DNA of 59,110 nucleotides, counting the filler, from Sphacelaria rigidula (lineage: Eukaryota): assembly GCA_964200075.2 (NCBI GenBank). It is 4 parts of 4 records of this genome, joined end to end, with 100 filler letters (N's around TTAATTAATTAA, not from the genome) between each part and the next. Parts side by side here need not be neighbours in the genome. Positions count along the whole stretch, not along the records: positions 1 to 14,704 come from CAXNAA020002084.1; 3 more parts are not named here. One strand, 5' to 3'. Below are positions 1-10,996 of the stretch, piece after piece. A program made the position numbers and the translations under genes. The first letter of the stretch is position 1, and the number at the start of each line of letters is the position of its first letter. A model generated the notes under the pieces. It did no database searches. It had not been told where the DNA came from and saw nothing but the letters and a program-made list of their open reading frames with translations.

Positions 1-175
1 GATTCACTTGGCTCCAAGATTTCGAGAGCGGCCGCTGAACAAAATCCGTGTGCAACAAAATCTACGGCGATCTCCACAGGATATTGGGCAAACTGGCGGC
101 GGTCGGCAAGCACGGATTTTCGCACACGAATTTTTGTTCAGCGGTCAATCTTGAAACCTCGGAGCCAAGCGAATC
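1..175. mobile_element. Small foldback/MITE-like element (~53-bp imperfect inverted arms)
   Basis: 1-53 (gattcacttggctccaagatttcgagagcggccgctgaacaaaatccgtgtgc) closely matches the reverse complement of 122-175 (gattcgcttggctccgaggtttcaagattgaccgctgaacaaaaattcgtgtgc). Confidence 0.65.
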
Positions 176-327
176 TGAAAAGTGGGCTAGGCTCCTCTCT
201 GTGGAGTGATGAAAAGTGTCCAAGACGTGTGTTGGCGATTTTCCCTGTTTAGAGGTCAAAAAGGGGGGTCAAATGTCCCTAAAGTGAACAATCCGTGGGC
301 CAAAAATCTATTTGCAATAACATCCGG

Positions 328-807
328 CTTGAGACCGACTCTAATGGGAGCCGTTCAAAAGTTATGTTCAAAACTGCCTTTTTGGCCCTTCTCCGTCGTT
401 TTACGCCTGAAAAGAGGGCTAGGCAGATGTTGACGCCTTGGAATGACTTGCTCGACTCATTGAGGTCGTTCCAGGGCAACTTTGCATTCCCCGCTGGCCG
501 CACTTTCATTTTTGGGTAAACACGGACTTTCACCAAAAAACGGTCAAGCGATAAAAAAACCAAGGGGAAATTTGATCTCCTGATTGTTTTTAACTGAAAT
601 CCGTGTTTAACCTCTTTTGGCCAAAAATTAAAGTGCGGCCAGCGGAAAATGCAAAGTTGCCCTAGAACAGTCTCAATGAGTAGAGCAAGTCATTCCAAGG
701 CGTCAACATCCGCCTGGCCCTCTTTTCGGGCGTAAATCGACGGAGAGGGGCCCAAAAGGCAGTTTTCGACAGGAATTTTGAACGGTTCCCATTAGAGTTG
801 GCCTGAG
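328..807. mobile_element. Foldback/MITE-like element with ~200-bp inverted arms
   Basis: Arm ~328-530 is an imperfect reverse complement of ~598-807 (e.g. gttgacgccttggaatgacttgctc vs gagcaagtcattccaaggcgtcaac; ttgcattccccgctggccgcactt vs aagtgcggccagcggaaaatgcaa). Confidence 0.75.
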
Positions 808-2085
808 AAACGCCCTAACTGTAGCATAAGACATTCCCCCCGGTTTTGAGTTTGCGAATTTGAGTTCCCCTGATTTCGAAGAAATTGGGTTCTCAAAAGA
901 ATCGGGTCTCAAAAGAATTGAGATTCGTTGCCATAACACATGGTTTGAAATTATTGACAACTTGATTTTCTCGAGAAGCACGACCCTGCACTCTCGAAAT
1001 ACCTTTACATTCGGAACTCCTCGATACTACGTCTCTAATGACACGACATTCGGCGACATTGCCTGGCGCAGCGTTCGAGGAAAGCATGGTCAAGATGAAA
1101 CTACGCCACCTGCGAGATACTATAGATACTGCACTACTGTACATGCAACTATTGTAGTGCTGTATACATGCGCACAATGTACTCACGTTGAACTGAATGC
1201 ACGAATCCTGTAGCAATGTTCTGGCACAAGAGAAGAATTGCCAATAGTATCCAGAACGACGGCAGGCACATGGTGCGTCACCGTCTTCAGCACCTCGCAC
1301 TACACGACTTGTCGCTAATTTCAGTCCCAGCACCACCATGGCGTGTGCGGCACATACAAGACTTCTGTTTATTGATGTACACTAAACTTTCTCTCAGACT
1401 CGTGGCCGCATGTTTTCCGTAGACAGTGAATGTCAGGTCTGGTGTTTGCCTGTTTGCGCACTCTTCATTCCCGTTCTATTCTTCCCTGCCCTCTCTAGGG
1501 GAACACAATGTTATACAATATAAATGCTTCATCCCCTCAGCATCCTTAATAAAACTTTTATTCAAACACAGCAGCACAAGTACGGGAGAGTGTGATACTG
1601 CGGTAGAACAACGTCGGTATGAATTTTTAGCGGTGGAACGTTCTTCCGTGAGCTCGATTGCGCATGTAAACTGACACCTTCCCTCGGCTTACCCAACGAT
1701 TGCAGGGATAGTACACACCATAATCTATCGAAATCTGCATGCCGCTCATCTCTCTCCCTGTGTACTTGTGTCTGGTAGCCTTTGTGCACAGCGTATCTCT
1801 CAATAACCCGCCAATCGCGATTTCAGTTGGGAAGGGCGAAGGATATGCCGCGTGCCCTGTCAAACCAGAGTGGGCGATCGAGTCTTGACGTCGGCCACGA
1901 GGACGTCTTCACCGATGGTTCCGCAGCGGTAGGGATTGATCATTCCCCAAAATATGTACCAGCGACCTTTACTTCTGGACAGCAAAATCTGGCGGTAACA
2001 GGAACGTTCGAGGGGATCCATGTAAGCCTGTACATGAGCCTGAATTCTGTGGTTGAAAAAGCGAGGACATCATAATAAGAAGCAA

Positions 2086-2199
2086 GAAGAGTCGACGCTC
2101 TGCGGGGGTGGTGATCCATTTCGCTATACCAAAAATTTAATCAGGCGTTCACCGGGGAAGAGATGGGTTGATCATTTGAGATCCCAGACTCGTCCCGAC
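2086..2199 (+). mobile_element. 3' half of SINE family 2
   Basis: gggttgatcatttgagatcccagactcgtcccga matches the reverse complement of the tails at 26914, 38321 and 39521. Confidence 0.5.
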
Positions 2200-2565
2200 A
2201 AATGAGAGCGGTCAGAAGCGAGACAAGGAAGAAATCATGTATAGAGCGCACGGAATACTTTTGTCAACAGTGAGTAGTAGTGTGTGAAGAAAACGACCAG
2301 CCCGAATGCCGCCACGACAGATGCGCGGGAGTAGGAGCAGCATCGATTTGCGCCGTTGATATGATACACAGGTGGCGCCAACACTCAAGAATTTGGCAGT
2401 TAAGAAATTGGTCCAGAGTCCAGAGAGTTTTCAAAATATATGAACTTGATTGAGCACAAAGCGATGTAGGAATAAGAAAATCCCACTCCAGAACCTATAT
2501 GATGGCTTTTGCTAGCTCACAGAGGAAAAAAGAACTCGCGTCTCATCACGCCAAATGAGAGGTTC

Positions 2566-2690
2566 TCAACCCTTCGACCACGAGGAGGGTAGTCCATCCG
2601 TATCATGCATATTTTTATTGAGTGAAATTGATGTCGATTCAACAGATGACCTACTCTTCTCGCCGTCTACGGGTTAAGGGTTAAGGGTTA
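2566..2690 (-). mobile_element. ~110-bp piggyBac-like MITE (TTAA-CCC...GGG-TTAA type ends)
   Basis: Reverse complement reads ttaacccgtagacggcgagaagagtaggtcatctgttgaatcgacatcaatttcac...gaagggttga; related copies at 45939-46049 and 52080-52188. Confidence 0.55.
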
Positions 2691-2807
2691 CTTACTCTAG
2701 AACTACGTCACGGTTCGCAAAATGCGGCGCAACCACTTTTATGCCAGGTTTAGACTGCTGTGGAACCCTCCGAATTCTGGCTTCTGGAGTCCGACATGCC
2801 GGATCTA

Positions 2808-4342
2808 CGAGCTGGTTCACGCATATCACACAAAAAACATTCATCGGCAAAACCTCACGCCGCGGTCAGGAGTTGGACCCTGAAATTTCGCACAAGTGTT
2901 CTATGAGTCATTAAGCAACTTCAGGACGTCGAGTTTTTCAAAAAAAATTCTAACCTTTTCCCACCGTTTTTCGGGGGTCCCATTTTTTTTCGGGGAAACG
3001 TCGATCCAGTTGGACCCCCGTAAAGCGATTAGAAAAAACTCGGTTCTCCGAAGTTGCGTAATGAACCATAGCACAGTTGTTGTTGTGCAAAGTTTCAGGG
3101 TCTACAGTGACTCCTTAAAACGGCGTGAAGTTTTTCGCGTTTGTGCGATGAACTTTGCCGTGCCGCGGTGAAATCGCAAGCTACTTGGTTGAAGTACGAA
3201 AATAAATGGCGTTTCTGGGCCTTCTTTGACGTGAACATGAAAATTCATGCATCAGTTAATCGAATTTTGCCACGAAATTTGGTGGAGCCCTTCCTTGGGT
3301 TATGCGGCGACAGCTCGTTTGCGACAAAAACTGGAAACATATCGCAGTGCCCGTTTTCCGTGGTCCGAGAATGGAGAATTCTTCAAGAAATGACTTGGAT
3401 CCCCTCGGACCCTCGAAAAACGGTCAGAAAAATGTCATCATGTAAAAAAACCTCATCCCTAGAAAGTTGCGTAATGACACACAGCATATTTGTGCAATGT
3501 TTCAGGGTCTAACTCCTCTTAACGGCGTGAAGTTTTGCGCGTTTGTGTAGGACGTGAGCTGGAAACGTGCAACTCCAAATTACTTGGTTTTAGTATAGAA
3601 ACGTATTTTTGGGTGGATTGCACGTCAAGGCAAGAAAAACTGTAGGGGGTGTTCGAGTTCATCGACCAAACTTTGTACATGTGTTCTTTGGACTATCCCG
3701 GGACGCATCATCCTATCATTTTTCCTCTGGAGCATTCTGAACCGACTTCCGGGGGTCTTCATACTGGGACCCGGAAGCCGGTAGAGAACAGATATACTCG
3801 GACATATTGTCAAGAATACATTTTTTCCCATTTTGAGCATCAATATCTACGGGACTGCCAAGTTTGAGGGCGGTCTGAGCTTTTCTACAAAAGATATAAG
3901 GGACACCGTCACGAGACTTCCCGGGTCTTTCGTGCGTATCATCAGTGGAAATTGGATGACGCCAACACTCGACATCACCGAGACATCCCGCTTTCGGGTA
4001 TAATTCGACCCCTGTAGTAACCGTTTTCAAATATGTTTTTTTTGTTAGATTCCCGAGCCGATGGCGCTTACTACGATTTGAAGCATGTGGAGATGGGGGT
4101 GAAAATCGGGCTTGGAATTTGTAATATCGATATCGGAAAATTTTGACGGGTGCTGATTGGCCGATATACCTTTTCGCCCTTCTTAGCGCTACCAGTATGG
4201 CTTGAAACACAAATCCGGCTATGTAACGCTCTTCAGCTATCCATGGCGGTCAGTATGATATCATGCATTCGACTATTGGGTAGGTATTGCGAAAGGTATT
4301 TGCTGATGACACAATTTTGGGTGATAAGCGTGAACCAGCCTG
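2808..4342. mobile_element. 1.53-kb non-autonomous TIR DNA transposon, copy 1 (Tc1/mariner-like ends)
   Basis: Ends cgagctggttcacgcatatcacacaaaa / ttttgggtgataagcgtgaaccagcctg are inverted repeats; TA on both flanks (2806-7, 4343-4); colinear with 16267-17800; internal inverted and direct sub-repeats; no transposase ORF seen. Confidence 0.8.
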
Positions 4343-5489
4343 TACAGCAGCACCACAGGACAGCGGAGCTATGGCCGAAGTTACGGCAGATAGATGAAGC
4401 ATGGTACATGCATAGCTTCAGGGCAGTGTCGCAATAGCCCGTTGACAGGCTTGATAAACAACAAAAGTTGTTGACGATGTCACCAGAAAAAGCGGGGCAT
4501 CAGCAGTCATTCACCCTGCATCAGGGTGGGGAATTAACCGTTGCTGCACATTTGCGAAGTGTTAAAAACGATGCCGAGGGTGAAATGAGGTATGCTGGTG
4601 TCCTAGGGACGTCCTATGGCCTTCGAGTTCCGAGAGAGGATTCCCATTTTCTTTTTTTAGATTTCAAATGTGTCTATGTAGGTTCCCGGTGTATAACCTC
4701 CGCACGTATCCAAACGCACGTCGGGGGATCGACACACGTCTATCCGAGGCCAGTCAGGGCATATGATCGACTGATCCATTGCTGTTGAGTACGTACGCCG
4801 AGTGTGTACTCCATCGAGCGTCAGAAAAAGATGATAAGCTGCTTCTATCGGAAGACCGACCCGAAAACAGGATTTCTAAGCATATATCTGCCTTTTTCGA
4901 CCCGATGACGTCAGTATCGCACACATGGCCTCGCGACATCAAGACGACCTCGAGTATAACCTCTCGTAAAATGCCTTCAGGTCACTTCTGGCGCAATAAT
5001 TGAGAAAGTTACGCCACTTCCCGTGGGCGGCATTGCGCTATTTCAAACAGCAGTAAACTTTACTCTGTCATTGCTACTATTTTAGAGTGAATTTTGCCTC
5101 TAGGTCGCAGCCGGAGCAGGTCTGTGGGTATCTCACCATAATTCTTGTTAGAAATGAACCGAAAAGGGCGACAAGTTTGGGATTCCATTTTTGTACAATA
5201 CTCTCGCTAGACACGACCTACACCAGTTGTGTGGTTTTCAATATCGCCCTACAGCAGTAGCACGGGGGTACTGTGTGATGTCTGGTATAATTTGCTTTGT
5301 ATTGTGTTTTGACCCTTTCCCCCCCCCCCCTCCCCCCTGAACAACGGATCGATTTGACGGTTGCGAACCAAAAGAATCTTCCGGCTCGGCAATCACTTTC
5401 CCCCGCCTACTGCAGCAGATCCTCAAGTGGTGGCGCTACCTGTAGGGGGGAATACTTTTCTATTGTCATCTTACGCGTATCCGCATTTC

Positions 5490-5746
5490 ACTTGCTTTTG
5501 CTTCTAGAGTCGGTCCAAGAGGCTGTCGAAATTCGAACCGCAAGAAAAGGGCGCAATCGCGAACGTTGTCGTCCCCGTTTTTCTCAGTCTACGCTGAGTG
5601 TCTATTCCACCTTTCTGTCTTCTTCACTTCCCTTCAGCGAGTGTTTTCGCTTTTTTTTTTTTTTATCTCGGGCACGTGTATCATGTGACCACGGCCAAAT
5701 CCATGCGAAATCAGTTCATGAGCCACGATCAATCAATCAATCAATC
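5490..5746 (+). mobile_element. LINE-like 3' end with (AATC)n tail
   Basis: Motif catgtgaccacgg...cagtt...cgatcaatcaatcaatcaatc recurs at 23495-23590 (-), 25705-25779, 26030-26104 and 30080-30170 (-). Confidence 0.55.
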
Positions 5747-6949
5747 GCGACCAAGAACGACGGAGTCGCTGCCAATGATCGTAGCCACCGGAATCGGGTG
5801 GTGGCGTGTCTTGGGTCATTTTTTGTCAGCTCTATTTATGCTTTTCGATGTGACCAACCCATGCGGCATCGTGCGAAGGAGCTTCGCTTCGCAGCAGAGC
5901 ATGCAGTCTCAACATCGAATGAAAATGAGTATTTAACGCAGGCGTGGGTGGGTGATGTAACCTGGACTGTCTCGATGAGGAACTGGTTTGACACGTGGAC
6001 TCCCGAAAGACGGCGATTGTCGAACGTTCTCAACGACTTTCCGACGATGAACGCGGCTGCCACCGATTTTAAGAAGGAAAACGCCGAGAACCTCCTTCGC
6101 CTGAGAGTATCATGATGTGTTTTCGTCATCTATGGCGGGGACAGCTATGCCTCTGTGCCGTACCTTCTACATCCTAAGGTACCCTATATGCCACGTCTAC
6201 GTCACGCGTGTTCACCTGTGACACCCCTATTGGACATATACCGCAGCGGTGAACGTTCGCTCATGAAGGCAACAGATGAGCGGTAAACGCCTGATCATGC
6301 TAATGGGCATTCCTCTGATTAAAGACAAGGCTCCTGTTTATGCAACGCCTCGTACTGGTACCCGTGGCGGACACGGTTGTTTGACAGGGACTCTCGAGTG
6401 TCATGGGCGTTCGGCGTACTCATCGAAAACGGATAGTGCCCAACCCACCAGCGGCGGTAGTCCGCGAGAGAGAGTATCGTTACGGACCCTGGATGGAGAA
6501 AACCAACCGCCGAATAGAAGCCGAGAATGTAAAAGCAGAGGCCGTGATTTTTGAGAAGAGGGTGTTCGACTTGGCCAAGCAGGCAGTGGCGGGCTTGCAA
6601 GGTGATTGCCATAATGAGACTGCAATGACATGATCGTCACATGCTGTACCTCTCACGGCGCCTCGCGATGGGATTGGGCGATATCATGCAGTACAGTACA
6701 GTACAATGTATGTGTTTTTTTTCTTCACTCCTCTGTCGTCAGGGGAGTCGGAGAAGCGATTGCCCGAGGGAAAAACAAGCTGGTGTCGCACTTCATCCGG
6801 ACCTTCCCCGTTTCTCTGTTTGGATCCCTTCTTCACCCAACCCCGACGCCATTCATTACACCCTGACCCCCTTCACTATACACAGCATTTCGAAAGTGTG
6901 TCATGAGCGAACGACTTCGACAGTTAGCCACTACTGCATCATATTGCCG

Positions 6950-9900
6950 AACCGCCTCCACCTGCACAATTCTCACCAACACAGTACGCATATGGCACGT
7001 TTTACAGGGATATAGATCAACAAGCACACACTTGCTTCAAAAAGAAGGGTTCCGATGACATGCTAACCATGTAGGATATTATCACTGTGCCAGACCGTGC
7101 TAGATGCAGACGTGCGTTGCGTCGTGTGATCAACCCAGGTATTGGAGTCCGTTGCGAAATGACCACTATTGCGAACACGTTACGGGTTGCCTGCAAGTAT
7201 CGTGCCCTCGGAACTAACAAGAAAAGGAATTTCCCGGAAAAAAAGAAGGTGAACTATGTGCGTTTTGAATGAGCGCACTCCGTATTGAAATTGTGCCATG
7301 TATGTTTCGGCGAAGTCATCCGTTTTATTGTTCATCCTGAAAAAATGCCGGGGGAGTTGAGATATCAATTCCCTTGGGTGTGCATGAAGTGATATTTCTT
7401 TCGCCTTACTCTGCCTGCCTGACAATCTACCCCGCATCGATCGAATGCGTTTACTCCACGCGGATGGGTACCGCAGCACAACAACGCGGATGCTATGCTG
7501 TGTGAACTTACTAAACTATCTCCTTCCCTGTATATGGTACACGACGGTTTCGCAGAAAGAAGCGGAGCAGGCGTGTCGGGTGCTCGAGTCTTGTTTGCAG
7601 TTCGATAGTCATCGTCTCGCTGCGCTGCTCGGTTTTACTATCAAACGGGAGAAGACATTCGGAGAAGGCGTTCCAGTCTGAGAGATTGCCAACCTCCGAC
7701 TGCATTGTGGGCTTGCTTCCGTTGAGTTAGAGTGTCCCTCTGGTGCATTCTGCTGGGATAATGATTGTTTTAAGTAAGCAATAGAACGAGGACAGGAACC
7801 ACCTCAATATCGGGTGGGTGAACCTCCCTCCCCGCCCCTCTGCCACCGATCATTTGTCCCGTGGACGTGATTCCTCTCAATGTGTGTAGGTCTTCCAGCG
7901 CTGAAAATATAGGGGCCACCTAAAATACGAAGGGTATAGCTAGTTTATGTTTTCGAAGGTCCATACAGCTGCGAACACTTGGTTGAGGAGGCAGTACATC
8001 TCGCTGACCTCCGAGATGGACGGAATCAGCGGCACGCTGGGTTTATCGTGGGACTGCCGGTGTCTGCCTGTGGTTCATTTCATTGCTGTCGTCCAAAACA
8101 CTATTAATACCGCTGCTGTCTGCTTGTGCCGGATCGATGAGGGAGGTGAAGATGAATACGCTCCGCAATCGGCGTCAAACCAACACCTGGCGAATCTCAT
8201 ATCGTCCCAAAGCAGGAATGCATAGAACAAATTACGACGTTATGTGTGACCGTTCAAACTTCGTTGGGAACCCCCGCCGGACAAGGTCACCGATCATACG
8301 CCATCCAGCTTTTTCACATGTGCAGCACCTTCGCAACGTCCGTGTGACCACCCTTTCCACGAAACAACCACCACCGTACCCTTGATAACGCACCGCGGTG
8401 CAGACGTCTGTCCAGCGCCGCTTCGTCGACAACTGCCGCGTGAGTGACGACGAAAGACAGATTCTGCAAATAAGAAAAACGGTAAAACTTCGGGGATGCA
8501 TCAAAAGTGTAAAAAATGTGGTTCTACCCACGAGTGCATCCATTCGAGTTCGAATGCAGTATTTATCTCGTATTTTTCGAGAAACTCGTACGTAAGGAAC
8601 TGAGACCATTTCTTGCAGGGGTTTGTTTCCCTCCTCGTTTAGATATTTTCTCAAGGATCGATTCGACCCACATGGCGAATTTCTTCTTGTGTTGTCGTGA
8701 GGCTGTATCATAGCCCGCACCCATGTGGTCCAGTACGTCCCCACACATCGCGACGATTTCAGTCATCCCTCTTACGTAACACACGGACACACTTACTGGA
8801 GCAGCATACCGCACCTTGGGGCATGACGGGTGCTATGATAGTCGTGCTGTTACCGTTGGTGACAGAGGATCGAGCTTCCACGTCGTTCGTGTCCAGTCGG
8901 GCAGTTCAAATGTTCCGAAGAGTTCGTAAGCTATGTGAGAGAGGTGTCTCCAATCGTCGCTGTTCGTTGGGGGTCATGGACGGTGAGGATATGGCTTATG
9001 GCAGAGTGACATGAGAAGACAAAACTATCGTTATCTGGGCCTACCATATTTGTATTTCAAAGCAAAATTGAAACGAACCACTCACACACATAAAATGTAC
9101 CTAAGGCTTGGTCTCTTCAGCAGATAAGGAAATCGGTCATGTAGTGAGTTTGGCTCAACTCCGTTCTCCATAATTACTTGCATGTGTTGTACAACGTATT
9201 CGCATGTCAGGAGAGTCCATGAAAACTTAATTCTGGCCTCGCGTGACTCAAGGTTTTAGCCCTTCTGCGAAATACCCAGGAACGGCCTGCTACTGTACTG
9301 TAGGTGCTCAGAAAATTTCGGGCACATGTCTAAAGGCTTGATTCGTTCGGACGATTCACATAATAGTTGACGTCTTTAGGGTTGGACAAAAAATACTGAC
9401 AAATAGGACGATAAGGACTCTTTATGCGATCCCCCACCATACAACGCAGTTGATCCGTCACCACTCAACTTCACAGAAATAACCAGATATGGTGTAATCG
9501 ACGTGGCATGACGGTTCCTGATTACGTTGTGCGTGTGCGCCGTATTTTATGTAGGATTCAGTTTCTCTCAGCATGCATTTTTTGGACGCCACGGAATGCG
9601 CTTGAATGATACCCTTCGTCGGGTTGGTCACAAATACGAGCATCCTGCTTGCTCCGTGCAGGCAAGACTTGCTTGTAGTGCGCACGACGTGCGCGTTGGT
9701 CGCATTGTTCTTCAGTAGACGTATCATGTCCAGGTTTTTCAATGTCTTCCATGTCACCCCAAGACCAAAATTGACGAGGTCATTTGTACACAACGGGCAC
9801 CAAGTGTTTTGTGCGTGAAACTCCAGGCATGTGTGAGGCAAGAGAAGGCATTACCTTGATCAAAACCATGGATAACGGGCCACTCATGGTTGAGAAACCA

Positions 9901-10060
9901 GTGCGGTAGTTGTCCAATCAGAGTTCCTCTTACGGATGATGGGAAATGGCGCTGTTGGCTGTCAGTACTCGTGGCCTTCCCCACATAGTTCTTGTATTTC
10001 GCCGAATCTATTGTTCCAATTAGTAAGAACGAAAAAACGAAGGAAGAAATGGTGGCCACT
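6950..10060 (-). pseudogene. Highly decayed KDZ/CxC-type transposase-like sequence (tentative)
   Basis: Frameshifted peptides in the expected order on the minus strand: GFDQGNAF..FTHKTL (~9870), VDYTISGYFC (~9490), NCK../HPTRLLRFF(C)..Y.G (~7590), RNVFAI..PGLI..NARLH (~7150), EPFFL../LVDLY..CH (~7030). Recognised by eye only. Confidence 0.4.
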
Positions 10061-10499
10061 GTCCCCTCGTAAATGTTTCGGGTGGTAGCGCAATTGAAAA
10101 ACCCCGTACGTCTATGGTGGAGATGGTACGTCGCTTACTCGAAAACACGAAACGTGTGACCGGTAAATGATGGTGTGTGCAGTACAGTCGTCACCCGCGC
10201 AGTCTGGCGAGCTATGTCCTGGTGGACGGCTCATTTTGCTCATGGATACCCACCTCATTCCAATGGGGTTTACCTGGTGGTGTCCACTGGCGTTGAACTT
10301 TAACGACAACAGGTACTAGGGGGTAGTTCCTGCATGTAGGTGTAACCCCCAGCTGTCCTCCCGGTCCTCTTGCGAAAGCGTAGCAAAGCAAGCTTAATAC
10401 ACGAACATGTCTGATTGTGTGGTACACAACATGAAGTGCACAACGTTATCCGAACCGAAATTGGCCTTCACCGTATGCCCCTTCCTCACACTCGCCTAC

Positions 10500-10996
10500 C
10501 TGGACGCCGCGAAAAAACGGAACTCCGATTTCGGGTGGGGGACTTGGACCTGCCAGAAAGAAAGAATACATATACCAGTAGTCGAGTGGAGGAGGAAGTA
10601 GATGCACAGAATTGCCCCCGTGGTGAAGTAATAGGGAACAAAACTTATATAGTTGCAGAATGTGAATTATACAAGAACGAACAGGACGCGCTAGGGGGAG
10701 ATTTGCGGGAAGTAAACGAAGGTGGCATAAACTCGTTTGATGCACTAGACGGTAGCGACAAAACGTTGGCTATACTCGGAGATAGATGGCGGCCACACAC
10801 GGCGAAACAGGCAGGGGATGAGATATGTACAAGGCTGTCGTGAGATGTATGAAAGAAACGCAATGAGCACCGGAATGTTGGAGGTGTCTCTATTAGGAGT
10901 AGGAACGGTGCTCCGTCTCGAAAGGAATGCGTGGTCAACGGTCAAATGACTAAAGCAAGCAATAAACGAGTACGCCTCCTCCCCCCCCCCCCCCCC
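10500..10996 (+). mobile_element. LINE ORF2 C-terminal fragment (decayed CCHC region) and 3' end
   Basis: LRFRVGDLDLPERKNTYTSSRVEEEVDAQNCPRG...TYIVAECELY...KTLAILGDRWRP..., continuing through stops to GAPSRKECVVNGQMTKASNK, then a poly-C run; resembles a non-LTR retrotransposon C-terminus. Confidence 0.7.

Noticed and set aside
1300..2050. Possible PIF/Harbinger transposase remnant on the minus strand (EFRLMYRLT...)
   Set aside because: Motifs are too degenerate to support by eye; it would need a frameshift-aware search.
2671..2690. Telomere-like (TTAAGGG)n
   Set aside because: Only ~3 units, forming the duplicated end of a TTAA-type MITE seen elsewhere in the window.
5297..6115. 272-aa ORF
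   Set aside because: It runs through poly-C, poly-T and a LINE 3' tail; there is no recognisable domain.
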